64,000 nucleotides of DNA. It comes from Flaccisagitta enflata (taxonomy: Eukaryota). Below are positions 41,902 to 53,000 of this stretch, one piece after another; positions within the stretch are counted from its first letter, which is position 1, and each line of letters starts with the position of its first letter. The DNA lies in the NCBI GenBank assembly GCA_965153355.1, contig OZ231126.1, positions 35,154,001 to 35,218,000 on the forward strand, written 5' to 3'. The position numbers and the translations under genes were made by a program. The notes under the pieces are model-generated. The model was given only the letters and a program-made list of their open reading frames with translations, had not been told where the DNA came from and did no database searches.

Positions 41902-43029
41902 ATGGAGACCTTGAAAGTGATAAGAGTGACGACAAAAGACAGGGGATGTTATGTGCGTGAGAAGTCTTCATTTCATGTAAATATGAATGGACTAAACTTA
42001 AATGTTAACGAGAAAGAAAAAACATTTGTGAAGATGGAACAATTGGTTATGCCTGAAAAAGTGAAAAAACTGAATTTCATCATGAACTTTGGGTATGATA
42101 CCAAGTTTCTGAAAAGGGAAGATACTCATGAATATGAAATTAAGTATGTGTCTCTGAACGATTTATGCCATCAAGTTAACACTCTTGTTTACAACAATTT
42201 CATAACAAAGACCGGCTGCATAGAGAATGTCAATTCGGGAAGCAACGATGTACCTTTGAATGCCAATGCCACCGAAGAGAATGCGACCATTGAGAATCCA
42301 GTCGATGAGAATGTGAACGAGAATGCAGGCGCGGATTCGGACGGGAATGCAGACGTTGCCGAGGGTACAGTGGTGATAGATGGAAATACAGACGTTGCCG
42401 AGAGTCCAGTGGTGATAACTGGTCCTCCACCTGTAAAAAGAAAAGACAATGGAAATGTAAATAAAGTAGATCCAAATTTTGTAAAATATTCACTACGACA
42501 AAAAATGAGTGCGACAAACTCCGTTGTTCCTGTGGAGAATATGTTTTGTTTAAAGTATGTAGATGGTAGAGTACAGATGAAAATGGCTGCTGGATTCATG
42601 TTTTTTGCTAGTGTTCATTTGTTGTTGGCTTTAGGATTTAGAAGTGAAGTGATGCGCACATTTACCAGTAGCGGGAAAACCGAGGCGGAAGTCATGAAAG
42701 AGAGTGATAATTTGACATTGAAAATTTGTAGTTGTTTCAATATAAGTGATATTGTACATTTTGTTGCCGATGAAGACAGAATATGTCATATTGGATTTAA
42801 GAAACTTATTGAGCCTACATTTTTTGTAGATGGAAATATGCATTCAATTCTTTGCTCATACGATATTGAAAAAAAAGTCGTTTTGTGCAATTTAAAGCGT
42901 TTGAATAATGTGTCATTTCGCGAAGTGCAGTTTTGCTTGTATAATAATTTGTTTGAGCCTTATGAATTGGGTGTTTGTGTGAAAAAATGTCCTATTTCAT
43001 TCAATTTGGTTATTTGTAAAAAATTGTAG
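41902..43029 (+). CDS. Probable minor capsid protein (penton, single jelly-roll) with acidic low-complexity insert, 375 aa
   Basis: N-terminal SSFHVNMNGLNL...FVKMEQLVMP and C-terminal LIEPTFFVDGNMHSIL...FREVQFCLYN...PISFNLVICK resemble the two halves of the Polinton penton. Confidence 0.6.
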   Translation: METLKVIRVTTKDRGCYVREKSSFHVNMNGLNLNVNEKEKTFVKMEQLVMPEKVKKLNFIMNFGYDTKFLKREDTHEYEIKYVSLNDLCHQVNTLVYNNFITKTGCIENVNSGSNDVPLNANATEENATIENPVDENVNENAGADSDGNADVAEGTVVIDGNTDVAESPVVITGPPPVKRKDNGNVNKVDPNFVKYSLRQKMSATNSVVPVENMFCLKYVDGRVQMKMAAGFMFFASVHLLLALGFRSEVMRTFTSSGKTEAEVMKESDNLTLKICSCFNISDIVHFVADEDRICHIGFKKLIEPTFFVDGNMHSILCSYDIEKKVVLCNLKRLNNVSFREVQFCLYNNLFEPYELGVCVKKCPISFNLVICKKL

Positions 43030-43036
43030 GGTTAAA

Positions 43037-43521
43037 ATGAGTATTACGGGTACTGCGCTGGAAGTAATTAAGAAGAGAATGCGTGGTGAGGAACGGGAAG
43101 AAATATCTACAAGTGTGGAAAATAAAACGGCGTGAAAACATATAATGAAGACGTTAAAAACATGAAGAAGGGAAAGAAAAGATCCGCCAAAGGGAAACCC
43201 AAAAAGAAAGATGAAAAAAAAGATGATAAAAGTGGAAAAAAAACAACCGAAAAAAAACAGAAAGTGGAAAGAAAGAAGACAGGAAGAAGAGGCGAGAAAA
43301 AGGACAAGAAGTCTGACAAGAAAAAGGGGAAAGAAAGGGAGAAAAGAAAAAAGTCACCAAAACCAAAGACTGAAAAAAAAAGAAAGAGACGGGATAGTGA
43401 CTCTAGTAGCTCCTCTAGTAGTTCCTCAAGTTCAAGCTCAAATATAAGTTTGAGTTCATATTCTAGTTTGAGTTCAAGTGGATCATCAATGTTGGAAGAT
43501 ACTGAAACAAAGGAATCATGA
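43037..43521 (+). CDS. Lys-rich basic protein with poly-Ser tail; -1 frameshift near 43125
   Basis: The ATG 43037 frame (MSITGTALEVIKKRMRGEE...) joins ORF 43132-43521 if one A is restored in the AAAA run. Confidence 0.5.
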
Positions 43522-43629
43522 CACTCTGTGAATGATGACACTCTGTTTATATTTGTATATGAATGTACATATTTGTATATGAATGCATGAAACTGTAAAT
43601 TACTTGGTTATTAGGTGTAGAAAGTAACT

Positions 43630-44505
43630 ATGGGTAGAGAGCACAATCATGCCCCGATATGTAGTCGGTCTACACCTCTATGCCGTCTTATGGAACTTTA
43701 TGCTGAGGGATATATGTTGAATGAAGAGGATGGACATGAATTAGTAAGACAGTTGTTTCAGCGTGTAAATGGTTTTAAAGAAGAGGAAATAAAAAGATAC
43801 AATTTGAATTCTCGAAAGCGTCAAAGTAACTTAAGATGTTATCATAACATAGAACCAACAGTTCCACCAACGGATTGGAAGGAGTATTTGGTGAAGCAAG
43901 AGAAACTGCGTGAAAAAAGAGAAGAGATGAAGAAAAGAAAACTTGATGACAAAGAATGTGAAGCGGCAAAAAAGAAACAGCGAATGTCGGAATCCACTAA
44001 CGGCAAACCGAACGGCGAAATGAGTGGCGAACGACAAACGACGAACGGTGAACGGGGAGCGACGAACGACGAAAGACAAACGGCGAACGGCGAAAGGGGA
44101 GCGGCGAATGGGGAACGACGAACGGGGAATGGACGGCGATGGGTGGCTGAAGAAGGGCGATGGGAATGGGCGTCGAATGACGAGGATGAGACGTCAAATG
44201 TCGATGGAGGAAGGATGAATGACAAAGAAACAAGGAACAAAATGAATGACTAAAACAATGAAAATGTCCAGGATGGAGTTAAGTGGGAAAGCATATCTCT
44301 TGACGATCTCGATAAAGTGTTGGCATCATTAGATAAAAACGTTTATGCATCACAAGAAGATTGGGACAAAAGTGTAAGAGACTGGGAGAAAATGATAAAT
44401 GGCGCTGCGAAATGCCTGCCAAAAAAAGATCAAAAGAAAAAGACAAATGAACAGAAAGGAAAAGAAGGAAATAATGACGATGGCGATATCATTGTAATTG
44501 ATTGA
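43630..44505 (+). pseudogene. Hypothetical protein (~290 aa) interrupted by one in-frame TAA at 44251-44253
   Basis: ORFs 43630-44253 and 44317-44505 are in the same frame and the 21 codons between them are open. Contains NGER-type repeats and a coiled-coil-like segment. Confidence 0.55.
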
Positions 44506-44613
44506 TTTAGTTTGGCATTGTATACAGCGTGTTATAATGAATTGAAATATCATATTTGTGCAGGTAACTTTGACAAAATTGAACCTTGAACACTGAACAT
44601 TAAACATTGAACT

Positions 44614-45159
44614 ATGTCATGCCCGGGCATTGATATGAGGCCACAACCAGTGCCTATTTTGCAATGTAGGCGCTGTCAATGTTATGATGGATGCGATTTG
44701 GTTAAAGTCAGCGTTGTGACGAAGAATCTTCAAAAGTACAACGACCAATGCGAGTTGGTTACCTTGGAGGAACTGTTGAATGGGAAGATGCCAAGATGCT
44801 ATTTCGATGAGAAACCGGAGGAGCCATCGCCATCGCCAAAGCCATCGCCATCGCCAAGGCCGGTGACAAGGGGAATGAAACGAAGAAATGAGGGCGAGGA
44901 CGCGGTGCCCGTGGACCGAAGAACGGAAGAGCGAAACGCGAGTATGAAGAACAATGCGAAGGCGGTACGCGTTTGCGTTGGACCCGAGGATGGCGTTGTC
45001 ATGGAGATATCGTTATTCAAGCAGTCCTGCGTTGGGAGATGTGAGAAAGAACATTGTGGATTTTGTTATGCAATGAAAAAGCCTAGTGAAAGTATGAAGG
45101 CTGTGCGTAGAAAGAAGAAACAAATGTTGCGAAAGCGAGTTGTGAACCACTACTATTGA
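44614..45159 (+). CDS. Cys-rich hypothetical protein (181 aa), possible Zn-binding
   Basis: ATG-initiated ORF with CRRCQCYDGC and CVGRCEKEHCGFC clusters and an SP-repeat linker. Confidence 0.6.
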   Translation: MSCPGIDMRPQPVPILQCRRCQCYDGCDLVKVSVVTKNLQKYNDQCELVTLEELLNGKMPRCYFDEKPEEPSPSPKPSPSPRPVTRGMKRRNEGEDAVPVDRRTEERNASMKNNAKAVRVCVGPEDGVVMEISLFKQSCVGRCEKEHCGFCYAMKKPSESMKAVRRKKKQMLRKRVVNHYY

Positions 45160-45236
45160 GACATAAGATGTTAAGATGTTAAGATGATTAAGGAAAGATT
45201 TACATGTGAATGAAATAAATTTGATGTGTTGTATAT

Positions 45237-45800
45237 TTGTCTCAGATTGATATTGAAAATTGTGGTTTGGAACTGGAAACGTTGACATTTGCAGTGAAAA
45301 AAATGGATGAATCGAGAAGCGATGAAGAGTTTAACGATGGCATGGATTGTGGAAAAGTGATGGAGGGGAGAGATGTTGATCAGGAGATTGTGGCTAGTGG
45401 GGGAGGAGAGGGGGCTGAAGCAAGTGGGTGCGATGTTGAAAGTGAAACTGACAGCGATGAAGGGATGCCAGTTTCTCTGGAACAGCGTTTGGATGCGATC
45501 GACGCGAAACTTGGCGATTTGTGCATGGGGATGTCGTTGTTTAGCGAAAGACTTGGCGAACTAGTTGCATTGAGCAACAACCAAGCTGAAAGGAATTATG
45601 GAAAACGGGACACGGTGACGTCATTGATGTTTGAAACGTACGTGGATGAGGCCATTTCAAACGGGCATTCGTTTGGTGTCAGCCGGTGTTTCATTCAGGA
45701 ATTCATCACCAAAACATTCTCGCTGCCTTGCAACAAATATCTTCAGAGGAGAATTGGGGCAACGCTGGCAAAAAAGTTTCTGAAGGAGCTTACAAGTTGA
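45237..45800 (+). CDS. Acidic protein with C-terminal linker-histone (H15)-like winged-helix segment
   Basis: YVDEAISNGHSFGVSRCFIQEFITKTF...LQRRIGATLAKK fits the H1/H5 globular pattern hhxEAI...GxSRxxIxxYIxxxY. Start may be the ATG at 45303. Confidence 0.5.
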   Translation: MSQIDIENCGLELETLTFAVKKMDESRSDEEFNDGMDCGKVMEGRDVDQEIVASGGGEGAEASGCDVESETDSDEGMPVSLEQRLDAIDAKLGDLCMGMSLFSERLGELVALSNNQAERNYGKRDTVTSLMFETYVDEAISNGHSFGVSRCFIQEFITKTFSLPCNKYLQRRIGATLAKKFLKELTS

Positions 45801-46111
45801 GAACAACCTGTATTCCTTCTACAAGGAACAGAGCAAAAAAATCTGATTCATAGTGCTTTATGGGCATGTGTTTAAGTGCCCAAGTGCCCAAGTGCCCAAG
45901 TGCTAAAGAGCCCAAGTTTAAAAGTGCCCAAGTGGCCAAATGTTAAAATTTTGAAGTGCCCAAATGCCAAAGTGTTTAAATGCCTATATGTTTTTTAAAT
46001 GCCTTCATGTTTTTGAAATTCTAAAGAGATAAAGAAAGTAATTTTGCATGTGTTTTGATGTTATTTTTTTTAATTTTAAGTGCTGCTGTGACAAAGAAAA
46101 AAAAACTGAAA

Positions 46112-49089
46112 ATGGAAACTTTAGTGTCAGATTCAACTATTCAAATTTTGGATATATGTAAGCTATCCATCATCCCGGATTCCTTTGCTGGCATATATAG
46201 TGGATCAATTATTGATGTGGCACAGCAAATACGTTGAAAAATGCTACCACGGTATGAATATTGGTATTTGAGGGGGGGGGATATGAGATATGATAATGCA
46301 GTTGTAGATGGTTGGTACAGATAAATGGATCAATAGTTGCATATTCTTTTTTTTTGTATTTTCAGGTTACTTTCCAAATTCCCCCGAATGTTCCCTCCGA
46401 ACTGTATGGCAAAATGTCACATTTGATATTGACGGTGCATTTGAAAAAAACGGGTGGAAGTTATGAAAGTACAGACCAAATCAGTTGTGTCAACTTTCTT
46501 CCTTGTTTTTTATTCGAAACAATTAGAGTGTTAATTGGAGGAGATGAAGTAAGTATAGTGTGTATTGGTGGTGCTCATGCCCATGCCCACATCTATAGAA
46601 ATGCCCACGTTTGCATTTGTATATACCCATGCCCTGTATATACCCTTTGAAGTACATGCCCATGTCTCGTGCCAGTACCCATGTCTGTGCCCATTTGAGT
46701 GTTTAAGTTTATGCCCGTGCAATCGCCTGTGCCCGTGTCCATTACATGCCCGTGCCCGTGCCCCTGTCCGTGTTCGTGCCTGTGCCCAAGTACATGTTTG
46801 TGCTCATCCACAGATGTTTTGTTGGTGAATGATTGTGATTTTTGTTTGTACAGGTGTTTGAGGACGATCGCATAACAGATCATTTATTGTTTTTGCGTCT
46901 CATGCTGGAGTTCACTGAGCAAGAACGACAGACAGAATTCCATACTATGGCTTACCGAAAAGACACGGATGGTAACAGCGACTCATGTGAAACTGAACAA
47001 GACGGATTTTGTGTATGTAATTGTAAGTACTTTTTGGTATTTTGGGTATTTTTGGTATTTTCGGTATTGGTACCATTTTTTTGTCACATTGTAACAGTAA
47101 AGTTATATAGGATTTGTTACGCTAATTGACTCTAATAAATGTACTTTAGGCGGGCGCTGTTTTTGCAATCTCTTTTTTATCGATGGAATGGGATCTGGAC
47201 TTTGTGGTCTGAAGGATTATGATGCCATTGTCAAAGATGGGGTAAAACAAACTGCCGCACAAATAAAGGATACTTTACTCAAAAAAAAAAATTTCAACGA
47301 AGGTAAAAAAAGCCAATGAGAGAGAGGGGGATGAGAGTGTTTATTGAAGAGGGTTAGGGGGTAGGGGTAGGGGTAGGGGTAGGGGTAGGAAAAGATAATT
47401 ACATGTAGTAATAAATGTTATAACGTTTTAGGTCTTTACGAGCGATCAAAATTGATTCGCAAATGTGCTGAAACTGAGGGCATGGAATTTTGTGTCCCAC
47501 TGCGGCTGCTTAGCCGTTTTTTCGATTTAGGATTTCTGATACCTCAAAAAAGAATTGTAGGTCAGTGCAATGTATTTAGCCAACCGACCAACCGACCAAC
47601 TGACCAACCGACCGACACGGCCAGTCATAGATGCTTTTGTCGCACCTAAATTGTAATGCTTATTTAAAGAGGTCTCACTGGAGATGCACGGTGAAAGAAA
47701 GATTTTGATAAAGAACACGACAAATTCTGATAATTTTGAATTATCGCTTTTGAATGCTCGCGTGGCTCTACAATATTTCAAATTGGAAACAAATGTACGG
47801 ACAAGGTGAGTGTGGCGGCTACCCCAGATGCGTGTAGATGGGCAGGGGACTTAATTGAGGTCCACAGATCATTTTGGCAGGAGCAGTAAAGCCCAAAATC
47901 CCAAAACCCAAAAAAAAATAATAAAGTGTGACTGACGGACGGACGGATCAACGGACCAACGGACCTCCAAAGCGGGATGTAGAGTCACGCGTAACACGCG
48001 ACTAAAAAAATATGTGTTTGGTGGATTTTTATATATTTTTTCATTGATACTGTGTGGATTCATGGCATTTTTGTATTAATTTTACAGTTGGTACGATTTA
48101 ATAAATTCTGAGAGCATTCGTCGTGTCATTCCTGTCTCTCACATTAGGTATGTGCATGCAAGTAGACGGATGGACCAATTGACAGAGGGACAAGCTGATA
48201 GATGGACAGACAGGGTTGACCACAAACGGATCAGTTGTTAGAGTACAAGTAGTGTTGATGGTTCCTGTAAGTATGACAGTGAGATAGAGGGATTGACTGC
48301 TGACATGTATTGACACGTTTGCATACTTTTAGGCATTACACACTTCAGAAAGGATCGTCTCTGTACTTCCTTAACTCGGCGTGCTCATTCCAGCGTATCC
48401 CAGACTTGCTGGTGATTTTCTTTTCTGATGAGGTGAGTTTATAGGTTGAATTTGATATATTTTCACAGAAATTTGAGGCTAATACCTTGTTCTTATACTT
48501 TTGATTGAAAAATATTTTTATAGAAATTTAAGCCCAATACCTTGTTCTAATACTTTTGATTGAAAAATATTTTCATAGAAATTAAAGCCCAATACCTTGT
48601 TCTAATACTTTTGATTGAAAAATATTTTCATAGAAATGAATAAATGATTGTATCATACAGGAGAAATACCTTGGGAATTTCCAAAATCGCTTTGTGTATC
48701 ATCATGAGGACCTACAACAGATTGAGGTCTTCAAAAACGGCCAATTGGTGCCTCAACCCTCTTTCTTGAACAACATGGATCTTTCAAATGAAAATTCATT
48801 GGCTAATGACCATTGGTACCGTGAGTTACTTCGGAATTTCCCGAAAGCGGTCGACAGTATTTCCAGAGTGAAATTTCAAAAAGAGTTATATTTGTTTTGC
48901 TTCCCATTTGAATCCACTCCGAGGCATTTGATGAATTCAGATGATGGTTTGAATCTCATTTCCTCTGGAACTATTGATTTGCGGCTAAGATTCAAATCTA
49001 GCCTTACATCAAACAAGATTATTCAAATCGCTTCCTTCGAAAAATCACTGGTGCAATGTGATGCATCTGGGAATATCCTTGTTAATTGA
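46112..49089 (+). CDS. Double jelly-roll major capsid protein, 9 exons/8 introns, ~499 aa; 1-nt frameshift in exon 1 (~46229)
   Basis: Exons 46112-46251, 46366-46548, 46854-47022, 47150-47302, 47432-47560, 47670-47805, 48088-48147, 48333-48432, 48661-49089. All introns are GT-AG and phase-matched. The product has Polinton MCP motifs in order: VTFQIP, VNFLPCFLFETIRV, AYRKDT, NEGLYER, YTLQKG, GNFQNRFVY, GTIDLRLRF, VQCDASGNI. Confidence 0.9.
48467..48637. repeat. Same 55-bp tandem repeat in MCP intron 8
   Basis: Units start at 48467, 48522 and 48577. Confidence 0.9.
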
Positions 49090-49113
49090 ACGTTTATGAT
49101 AGAGAGAGAGATT

Positions 49114-49187
<74 letters not shown>

Positions 49188-49316
49188 CGTGTCACTTAGA
49201 TTGATATGCATCCCCCCATTTGCCTATGATTTGTAAAGCTGCATTGTGAATTTTGTACTGATAGTAGATGTATTGAAATTTGTTTTTGTGTAGTTTTGCT
49301 TTGCCAGTTACCTGAG

Positions 49317-49565
49317 ATGGCTAAGGCACGGAGAAATAAGAAAGGACAATTTGTGCGAGACGAAACTCTCCATGGAACGCGAAGGCGAAAGAGACGACGC
49401 AGACGACGAAAATCTCGAAGGTCGAAGCGAGGACGAAGGAGAAAACGTGGGCTTTTGTCGGCGACAAAGTCGAGAAGAAGAAGAAGGAGACGCCGGAGCT
49501 CTGGGTGCGATGGAATTCCGAGTCGTTTAGTAGTGATGGCCAAGAGAAGGCTGAAATCAAAGTAA
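49317..49565 (+). CDS. Protamine-like Arg-rich core protein (82 aa)
   Basis: MAKARRNKKGQFV...RRRKRRRRRRKSRRSKRGRRRKR; mixed Arg codons, so not a microsatellite artefact; lies directly after the MCP. Confidence 0.7.
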   Translation: MAKARRNKKGQFVRDETLHGTRRRKRRRRRRKSRRSKRGRRRKRGLLSATKSRRRRRRRRSSGCDGIPSRLVVMAKRRLKSK

Positions 49566-49569
49566 AATG

Positions 49570-50072
49570 ATTTTCTACTCTATAGGAAATCTTTTGGCGA
49601 CAATTCTATGTACGAAAGACGAAGAAAGTTCCGACGATTTGAGGGTTATTTATGAATAATAACTATTGCCATGAAAAGACAGAGACCATATTATCAGTTT
49701 AAATCATCAACTACTGCGCCCTGTCATGACTGCACCGTGCCAAAATGCAGTGTTTTACATTGGTTTGCTGTAATGAAAATTGTAAAAAAAAAATGATCTA
49801 TGCTATGGATCGTGATTTTAGCTGAATAATGAATGTTATTAATTAACTATTTGTTATAGAAAATTACAAAAAAAAAAATGGTCACACATTTAAAAGACAT
49901 TTATCAGTGGTACTGAAACTGCGGCAATCACCTGCTCTTGTCCTTTGCGTTGCATGGAATTGGAAAATGTAGGAGTGGAAATAGTGTCAGCGTGGCACCA
50001 CTGCCTCGAATGCGGAGAGTGACGTTTCCAGATAAACTCAAATTGAGAGGCCGAACTCAACACCAAAAATGA
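49570..50072 (+). pseudogene. Possible decayed adenain-type cysteine protease
   Basis: LHWFAVM (His codon 49758), IYAMD in a shifted frame, and YQWY*NCGNHLL (Cys codon 49920) give the H-D-Q-C order. That frame's stop overlaps the PolB ATG (ATGA). Several stops are present. Confidence 0.35.
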
Positions 50073-53000
50073 GTGGTCTAAGTTATGCTGAAATAAATAA
50101 TGCGATAGATAGGGATTTGGACAGTACTGTCGCTGGAAATGACTATTGTGATGAATTAAGAAGAGTTGTTGAAGCCAACTGGAACACTGTAAGAAATCAG
50201 ATCACGGTTAATCCCAACATGATGGTGAGCGAATTTAATTTTCGTCTGTCAAGTAATCGCCCGCTTAGTGATGCCCATGTCCGTAACTGGTGGCCGTCCC
50301 CTCTACATGTGTCAAACTACCTCATAGAATTTGTGAGAGGGGTTTTATACCACTATTATGTCAGATTAAGGAGATCAGTAAGAATTCAGTTTAGTCCAAA
50401 CATGGCGATTATCTCAACTACTGGAGGGCCTAGTAACTTCATTTGGGCTTCCCGCAGTAATTGGGGGATTTTAGGCCAATCCTATCTCATACATGACATT
50501 CAATCATTTAACCATTTCATTGATGTCATTCTCAAAAATGAGGATTTACATCAAGCCATGTTAGCAAGTTTATCGAGTTTAAGCAGTAAATATAGTGACG
50601 GCTTTTGGCCCCGCTTTCACTGACATTTCATCTAACAAGTGTGCCCTCCAAGATATTTGGCAACAATGGAAGATGTTTAAGTGAGCATAAATGTACCGAT
50701 GGTAGTTGTGACAGCAATGCATGTGTGTGGCTTGCATTAAGCAGTATTTTTGACGTGGACAAATGTGGAAATGCAAAAAGGATGAGTTCAGAAATGGGGA
50801 AAGGAAAAGGACAAGGGCAAAGAACAAAGTTAACAGAAAAATATGCAAAGTTAGGGAAAAAGTTTTTGGCATGGCTGAAAAAAAGAGGAAAGGAAAAGGA
50901 CATTCTTTCAGAGAAAATTGGTCATTTGGGATTACCAGAAAGATACTTAGGCGAATTGGAAAAATTCTTAGGTCATTCCATGATTTTGCTAAGTGAAAAA
51001 ACCATGAATATGAGAAAGGTTGCCAATGACACAGTATTAAAAACTACAAAATATCAAAGATACTTCTCTTCAAAGAATGTGTCAGACAGTGATTACGGGA
51101 ATTTCATTTATCTGTTAACCAAAAATGAAAACCACGTGCAGACAGTGCTAAACTTACAGAAATATTCTCGAAAATTTGTATGTTCAAAATGCACAAGGTG
51201 TTTTTCTCGTATAGAATGGTTAGAATATCATCAAAAGTTCAAAGTATGCGAAAAAAAACGCTTTGTTGCCGAGAAGCAAGTGAATTTTCCCTATTCCGCG
51301 GAAAAAATTGTGTCAGAAACGGTTGAATTTGAACATTTGAGCATTTGCAAGGATACCAAGTACACTCATTGCTTAATTAATGTTGAAAAGGACTCATCAG
51401 TGAGTTTGACGATGCAGATTGATTTGAAAGGCACTGATCAAATGTTGATGTCAAGGAGATTTGAAAGTTTAGGGGAATGTGCCTCATTCATCATGAAATT
51501 CGGAGCAAAATGTGCCATATGGGTCTTAGGAGAAAGATTAGTGTTGCACTTTGACTCACTACAAAAAATAGAAACAGCAGCAGTTATGAAAATTGCGACC
51601 CGGAAGCAATCGATAGGAGCAAATTGAAGCATCTGCAGATGGTTAAAACTGAAATTGTCAAATATTTGAGCAAATATGACATTTATTTGTCAGTTGGCCA
51701 GGAAGACCCCAAAATAGTGAGCAATTTTATGTTTGAATTGTTGTCAATGCTGAGCGATGGTCGAGAATGTGAAACCATACATGTCAAGTTCGATCAAAAT
51801 GTGCTACAATTTGTTGCTGTAGACCAATTTCCTCTGAATTTTATACTGTTAAATAAATTTGGAGCAACATTTCAAGGGAATATAGCGACTGCAGACATGT
51901 TGGCACATTTCAATGATACTGTGAGTTTGTTCAAAAGTGAATTTGGACTGAATATTGTGGGTCAAAGAAATTCAACTCAGATCGGTAGGCATTTAATGGC
52001 CAGTACATTAGATGAAGGCAGGAGAAACGCCCTGTTTTCCCCGCCCTTGGCTTTTTCTCATGAACTAGACGAAACATTTGTTTCATACGGAGTATTAAAT
52101 GCCAAAAAAGCATTTGTCATGATCAAGGATTTATGAAAGGAGCAATGAATGTGGATTTCGAAAAATTTTATGGCCATTTAGTATTGAAAAAAAATGCTAA
52201 TTGGATGTTGGTCGGACTGCCGCACATGTACGTGAGAAAAGGAACAACATATGTCACAAAACAGAGTCGAAAGCGTCACACATTTTCTAACATGATTTTA
52301 GGCGTTATAGAGTTTTGTTGAGACGCTCTGTTTTCTATATCTCACTTAAATGGTCAAGAAAATATGAGATATGGAATGCTATTCGATGCTATTCTCAAAA
52401 TCGAAGGGAACGAGGTGTTCTATGAAGCCGACGGGTGCATATGGCATAGTTGCCCAAAAATATGCCATTTAAGTGAAGCTAATGTGATGAAAGGTCACAA
52501 ACCGTACTGTGACGCATGCAAAAATGACGAAATGGTTGGCGATGGTAGCGCCCACTTGAAATTCTTAAAGCCTCGACTCTGGAAAATGAGAACAAATGAA
52601 CAAAGAGATTCGGTCCACGCTCTGAAGAAAAACGTTACCTATGATGAGGATTACAAAAACACGTTAGAGAAGGCGGCACTTATGTATAAAAGAAGCGGAA
52701 AAAGAATTGTAAGCGTATCCGAATGCCACGTGCTGCGTTTTTGGCATAAAAGTATTGGAGCATTTATGGACAGTCTAAAACTGCCATGTAAATTTGACTG
52801 TCGTGATATACAGTTATCAACACTTGTGGAGCAGATAACCATGCAAAATTTCCCTCTGCTAAGATATGGAGCATTGACTCATGATAAGGTGATAACTGCA
52901 ATCAAACATGGAGATTTGAATGGCTTTGTGAAATGCACCACAGTTGCAGGAGACAAAACAAGGCATAACTTAGGAGTTTTGAAACCTTTTTTTTACACAA

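Noticed and set aside
50600-52136. Programmed ribosomal frameshifting in polB
   Set aside because: No X XXY YYZ slippery heptamers at the apparent junctions, and four successive shifts are implausible.
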